64,000 bases of DNA, taken from an uncultured delta proteobacterium (GTDB taxonomy: Bacteria; Desulfobacterota; Binatia; UBA9968). Under the pieces are notes generated by a model. That model saw nothing but the letters and a program-made list of their open reading frames with translations, had not been told where the DNA came from and searched no databases. The position numbers and the translations under genes were made by a program. Location of the stretch: assembly GCA_963745835.1 (NCBI GenBank), contig CAVUZH010000014.1, positions 96,001-160,000 of the forward strand, given 5' to 3'. Below, piece after piece: positions 60,033 through 64,000 of the stretch (position 1 is the first letter of the stretch; every line of letters begins with the position of its first letter).

Positions 60033-60764
60033 TCAACTCGAATGTTTCAGCAGCTCTTTAACTTTATCTATGACTTCACTCTGCTCGGCCCGCTGCTCCT
60101 CAAGTCCGCCTTGCCGGTCGGTCAATTCGTCTAGCCGTTTTTCCAGCTTCTGAATGTAATCGGCGAGCGCTCCAATAGCTTTGGCGATGGGATCAGGTAA
60201 ACGCGCGTGATCCAGATCGATGATATGAGCATGAGCGTCTCGGCGGGCGGCTTCGCCTTCGACTACCCGTCCTGGAATTCCCACCACTGTCGAATGCGGC
60301 GGCACACTGGAAACCACAACCGATCCTGAACCTATTCTACTGTTATGACCGATAGTCACCGGCCCGAGCACGGTAGCGCCGGCGCCTATGACGACCCAAT
60401 CTTCCACCGTCGGGTGGCGCTTTTCTTTTCTCAAACTGGTGCCGCCGAGAGTAACTCCTTGGTAAATAGTCACATCATCTTTGATCTCGGTGGTCTCGCC
60501 GATCACTACCCCCATGCCGTGATCGATGAAGAAGCGCCGGCCGATCAGGGCTCCCGGATGGATTTCAATGCCAGTGAAGAAGCGGCCGAGATTGCTGGCG
60601 AATCGAGCTAGGCCTTTGAAGCCGTTGATCCACGTCGCATGGGCGACCCGATAGAAGAATAGCGCGTGAAATCCAGGATAGGTAAAAACGATCTCCCAGA
60701 CATTACGGGCTGCCGGATCGCGATCGAAAACGACCCGGATGTCTTCTTTGAGCACATCAAACAT
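60033..60764 (-). CDS. cysE: Serine O-acetyltransferase
   Basis: [38 protein letters not shown]; start at ATG 60764 (alternative 60785). Confidence 0.93.
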   Translation of the reverse strand: MFDVLKEDIRVVFDRDPAARNVWEIVFTYPGFHALFFYRVAHATWINGFKGLARFASNLGRFFTGIEIHPGALIGRRFFIDHGMGVVIGETTEIKDDVTIYQGVTLGGTSLRKEKRHPTVEDWVVIGAGATVLGPVTIGHNSRIGSGSVVVSSVPPHSTVVGIPGRVVEGEAARRDAHAHIIDLDHARLPDPIAKAIGALADYIQKLEKRLDELTDRQGGLEEQRAEQSEVIDKVKELLKHSS

Positions 60765-60815
60765 AAGATTAGCCGGCGTCGCCAAGTGACCACGTTAACG
60801 TCACCACGACCCCGT

Positions 60816-62396
60816 TTAGTTGGCCCGACGCCGGGCGTCCTTATAGAGTTTGTAATCGATGCTGTCGACCAGAGCCTGCCAACTCGCCTCAATTACGTTG
60901 TGCGAAACGCCGACAGTACCCCAACGGGCTTTGCCATCGCCGGACTCGATCAGGACTCGCACCGAAGCCGCGGTTCCTTCTCCCGAGGATAGCACCCGGA
61001 CTTTATAATCCAACAACTCAACATCCTTGAGACCAGGGTAAAATTTTGTCAATGCCCGGCGCAGTGCCTGGTCGAGAGCGTTAACCGGGCCATTGCCCAT
61101 CGCCGCCGCGTGCTCCATCACGCCGTCCACTTCTACCATGATGGTCGCCTCCGAGCGTGGCGCCTCGCCTTCCTGTCTTTTTTCGTCGATGACGCGAAAA
61201 CCCACCAGTTTGAAGTTTTTCTTTTTTCTACCCAACGCTTGCTGGATCAGCAGCTCGAATGAGGCTTCCGCCGCCTCGAATTCGTATCCTTGGCTTTCCA
61301 GTTCCTTGGTCCGCCGCAGAATTTCTTGCACCGCTTTATCTTGACCCTCGAGATCGATGCCGTACTCTTTGCCTTTGTAGACAACGTTGCTCCGCCCCGC
61401 GAGATCCGAAACCAGCACCCTCTGCCGATTACCGACGAAATCCGGATCGATATGCTCGTAGGTCTCGCGGTTCTTCAATACGCCGGATACATGGAGACCG
61501 CCTTTATGCGCAAAGGCGCTGTCGCCAACGTAAGGCTGCCGTTTATTCGGTTGAATGTTCGCGAGTTCATAAAAGAAATGCGATACCTCGCGCAGCTTTC
61601 TCAGCTGGTTCGGTTTGATGCAGTTCTTGCCCATCTTCAACTGCAGATTGGGAATCAATGAGATGAGATTGAGATTGCCGCAGCGTTCACCAAAGCCGTT
61701 GATCGTTCCTTGCACCTGGCGCACGCCCATTTCAACTGCCGCCATGGTGTTGGCGACCGCGAGCTCGCCGTCATTGTGGCAGTGAATCCCGAGCGGCGTC
61801 GTCACGGACTCAGTCACCTTGGCAATGGCTTCACGAATTTCGGCGGGCAAGCGGCCGCCGTTGGTATCACATAGAACGATCCAATCGGCGCCGCCTTGTT
61901 GCGCCGCCTGCAAGCACTCCACCGCATATTCCGGATTGGAGCGAAATCCGTCAAAAAAATGTTCGGCGTCGAAAATCACCTGATCGACGCGGCGTTTCAC
62001 GTAAGCGATCGAGTCGGCGATAACTTCCAGATTCGCCTTCTTACTGATCCTTAGATCATCGCGCACATGCAGATCCCAAGTTTTGCCGACCAAGGTGACC
62101 ACCGGTGCATCGGCGCTCAGGAGAATTTTGAGGCTCAGATCCTGCGCTGCCTTTGCGCTGGGTTTGCGGGTGGTGCCGAAGGAGGCAACTTTGGCGTTCT
62201 TGAGATTGAGCTTCTTTATCTCTTTGAAAAAGTCCGCATCCCGGCTATTCGATCCGGGATAGCCGCCCTCAATGTAGTCTACTCCCAACTCCTCGAGCTT
62301 CTCCGCGATGCGCAGCTTGTCCTCCAAGGTAAATGAGATATCCTCCGCTTGACACCCATCCCGCAGTGTCGTGTCGTAGATCAAAACATCTTTCAT
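60816..62396 (-). CDS. cimA: Citramalate synthase
   Basis: [45 protein letters not shown]. Confidence 0.92.
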   Translation of the reverse strand: MKDVLIYDTTLRDGCQAEDISFTLEDKLRIAEKLEELGVDYIEGGYPGSNSRDADFFKEIKKLNLKNAKVASFGTTRKPSAKAAQDLSLKILLSADAPVVTLVGKTWDLHVRDDLRISKKANLEVIADSIAYVKRRVDQVIFDAEHFFDGFRSNPEYAVECLQAAQQGGADWIVLCDTNGGRLPAEIREAIAKVTESVTTPLGIHCHNDGELAVANTMAAVEMGVRQVQGTINGFGERCGNLNLISLIPNLQLKMGKNCIKPNQLRKLREVSHFFYELANIQPNKRQPYVGDSAFAHKGGLHVSGVLKNRETYEHIDPDFVGNRQRVLVSDLAGRSNVVYKGKEYGIDLEGQDKAVQEILRRTKELESQGYEFEAAEASFELLIQQALGRKKKNFKLVGFRVIDEKRQEGEAPRSEATIMVEVDGVMEHAAAMGNGPVNALDQALRRALTKFYPGLKDVELLDYKVRVLSSGEGTAASVRVLIESGDGKARWGTVGVSHNVIEASWQALVDSIDYKLYKDARRRAN

Positions 62397-63616
62397 ACAT
62401 TCCCCTGTTTGCCGATAAATGCCTCGTGCAACACCCGCACCGCCAGCTCTGTGTACTTGGCGTCGATGACGACCGAGATCTTAATTTCCGAAGTGGAAAT
62501 CATCTCGATGTTGACTCCCTCCTCGGCCAGAACCCGGAACATCTTTGCCGCCACTCCGGCGTGCGTGCGCATACCCACACCAACGACGGAGACCTTGGCG
62601 ATATCGGTATCAACATCAACCCCTTTCGCCGCTATATCAGGGGCGGTCTTCTCAACGATGGATAGAGCCTTTTTATAATCCGCTTTAGAAACGGTGAAAG
62701 TCAAATCTGTGGTGCCATCGGCGCTGGCATTTTGAATAATCATATCGACGACGATGTGGGCGTCGGCGATGGGGCCGAACACCTGGGCGGCAAGACCGGG
62801 CCGGTCGGGTACACGAAGGATGGTAATTTTCACTTCGTTCTTGTCGTAGCTCACCCCCGAGACCAGCAGATCTTCCATGCTCTCATCCTCCTTGACTACC
62901 CATGTCCCTTCGATATCGCTAAATGTAGAACGGACGTGCACCGGAACAGCGAATCTTTTGGCGAATTCGACCGAACGGATCTCCAGGACTTTGGCGCCGG
63001 TGCTGGCAAGCTCGATCATTTCCTCATAGGAAATTCGCGGCAATTTTTGCGCATCGGCACAGATTCCCGGATCGGTGGTAAAAACCCCGTCGACATCTGT
63101 ATAGATTTCGCATGCGCTGGCATTGAGAAACGCCGCCAGCGCCACCGCAGTGGTGTCCGATCCGCCGCGTCCCAGGGTGGTGATATTGTCGTCCTCGTCG
63201 ATTCCCTGGAATCCAGCCACGACCACGACTTCGCCCTCTCTCAACGATTGCAAGATTCTCCTGGAATCAATGTTGCGGATGCGCGCCTTGCCGTATGCGT
63301 TATCAGTTTCTATTCTCACCTGATGACCAAGAAACGAGCGCGACGGCTGCCCGCGCTCTTTCAACGCGAGGCTTAGCAAGGCAATCGACACCTGCTCGCC
63401 CGAGGCCAGCAAAACATCTTTTTCACGCTCATCGGGCATCTCTGAAATCTCATGCGCCAGCCCTAAAAGCCGGTTGGTTTCTCCGGCCATGGCCGAGACC
63501 ACCACGATCACATCATGACCGGCGCGCTTTGCGGCCCAGACTTTCTCGGCTACATGCTTGATGCGCTCTATCGTTGCGACCGAAGAACCGCCGTATTTCT
63601 GAACCAACAATGACAT
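62393..63616 (-). CDS. lysC: Aspartate kinase
   Basis: [28 protein letters not shown], two ACT domains, STSEIKIS. Confidence 0.95.
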   Translation of the reverse strand: MSLLVQKYGGSSVATIERIKHVAEKVWAAKRAGHDVIVVVSAMAGETNRLLGLAHEISEMPDEREKDVLLASGEQVSIALLSLALKERGQPSRSFLGHQVRIETDNAYGKARIRNIDSRRILQSLREGEVVVVAGFQGIDEDDNITTLGRGGSDTTAVALAAFLNASACEIYTDVDGVFTTDPGICADAQKLPRISYEEMIELASTGAKVLEIRSVEFAKRFAVPVHVRSTFSDIEGTWVVKEDESMEDLLVSGVSYDKNEVKITILRVPDRPGLAAQVFGPIADAHIVVDMIIQNASADGTTDLTFTVSKADYKKALSIVEKTAPDIAAKGVDVDTDIAKVSVVGVGMRTHAGVAAKMFRVLAEEGVNIEMISTSEIKISVVIDAKYTELAVRVLHEAFIGKQGNV

Positions 63617-63702
63617 ATTCAATGCGCCGTCAAGCCTTTCAAACGTTTAGTTCCACGACCGGTAATCCGAGTAGTTAACGGGCTAAACCTTAATCTTTCG
63701 AT

Positions 63703-64000
63703 TTAGGACTTACCTGTCTGCCGCAGTGCGTTAACCAATTCGTCGTAATGCGCCCCGTGAGGTATAAACGTCACCTGACGTTTGCTGCCCTCACGATACA
63801 TCAGCTTAATTTCCAGATGATCGCCCACCTCGTCGGCGGGAAAATACTCGAACCACTCGATCAGGCTAACGCCGTTCGAGTAGAGGTACTCTCGGAGATT
63901 TAATTCTTCGAGCTCGTCCGTGCTTTCGATTCGGTAAAGATCGATGTGATAAATGGGTAGGCGACCATGATACTCATTGACAAGTGTAAACGTGGGACTG
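63703..64000 (-). CDS. tsaE: tRNA t6A biosynthesis ATPase TsaE, 3' part (5' end outside window; not in the ORF track)
   Basis: Manual translation SPTFTLVNEYHGRLPIYHIDLYRI...LIEW. Confidence 0.9.
   Translation of the reverse strand, partial: SPTFTLVNEYHGRLPIYHIDLYRIESTDELEELNLREYLYSNGVSLIEWFEYFPADEVGDHLEIKLMYREGSKRQVTFIPHGAHYDELVNALRQTGKS

Noticed and set aside
1-64000. CRISPR array, rRNA or tRNA genes
   Set aside because: No regularly spaced repeats, rRNA-like tracts or cloverleaf motifs seen by eye; a covariance-model scan was not run

Overview
Bacterial chromosomal window, GC-rich and gene-dense. The xerD-S2P-trpS-scpA-scpB-rluB and tsaE-lysC-cimA synteny, plus orphan NMT1/SsuA-like solute-binding proteins, suggest a deltaproteobacterial-type organism, possibly Candidatus Binatia (inference, not verified). 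Core blocks: oppBC-moeB-phosphatase (0.6-4.4 kb), merR-mutS-amiC-glnD-xerD-S2P-trpS-scpAB-rluB (11.6-23.6 kb, minus) and tsaE-lysC-cimA-cysE-mnmA-mtaB-rnc (56.7-64 kb, minus). Accessory regions: (i) 4.4-11.5 kb, a 3-kb cassette (binding protein plus two tandem VOC enzymes) bounded by a 176-bp direct repeat of the host gene 3' end, then gene remnants, a split OmpA gene and an Hsp70-like gene; (ii) 23.7-33 kb, with a ComEC-like metallo-hydrolase, a CorC/HlyC protein, two related leader-like ORFs, an unannotated 34-aa membrane peptide and an orphan molybdoenzyme; (iii) 33-56.7 kb, where glgX-treY-treZ-malQ lies divergent, across two sigma54-like promoters, from the best candidate for an undescribed system: heme-oxygenase-like diiron oxidase + membrane GT2 + PLP amino-acid decarboxylase + VioB-type ferritin-like protein. 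Further on are a Cys-less thiolase/OB-fold fusion and an SdhA-like flavoprotein with an altered active site. Nine single-base frameshifts, some in essential genes, are most likely sequencing errors. No rRNA, tRNA or CRISPR array was seen. All family calls come from motif recognition by eye; no database searches were run.
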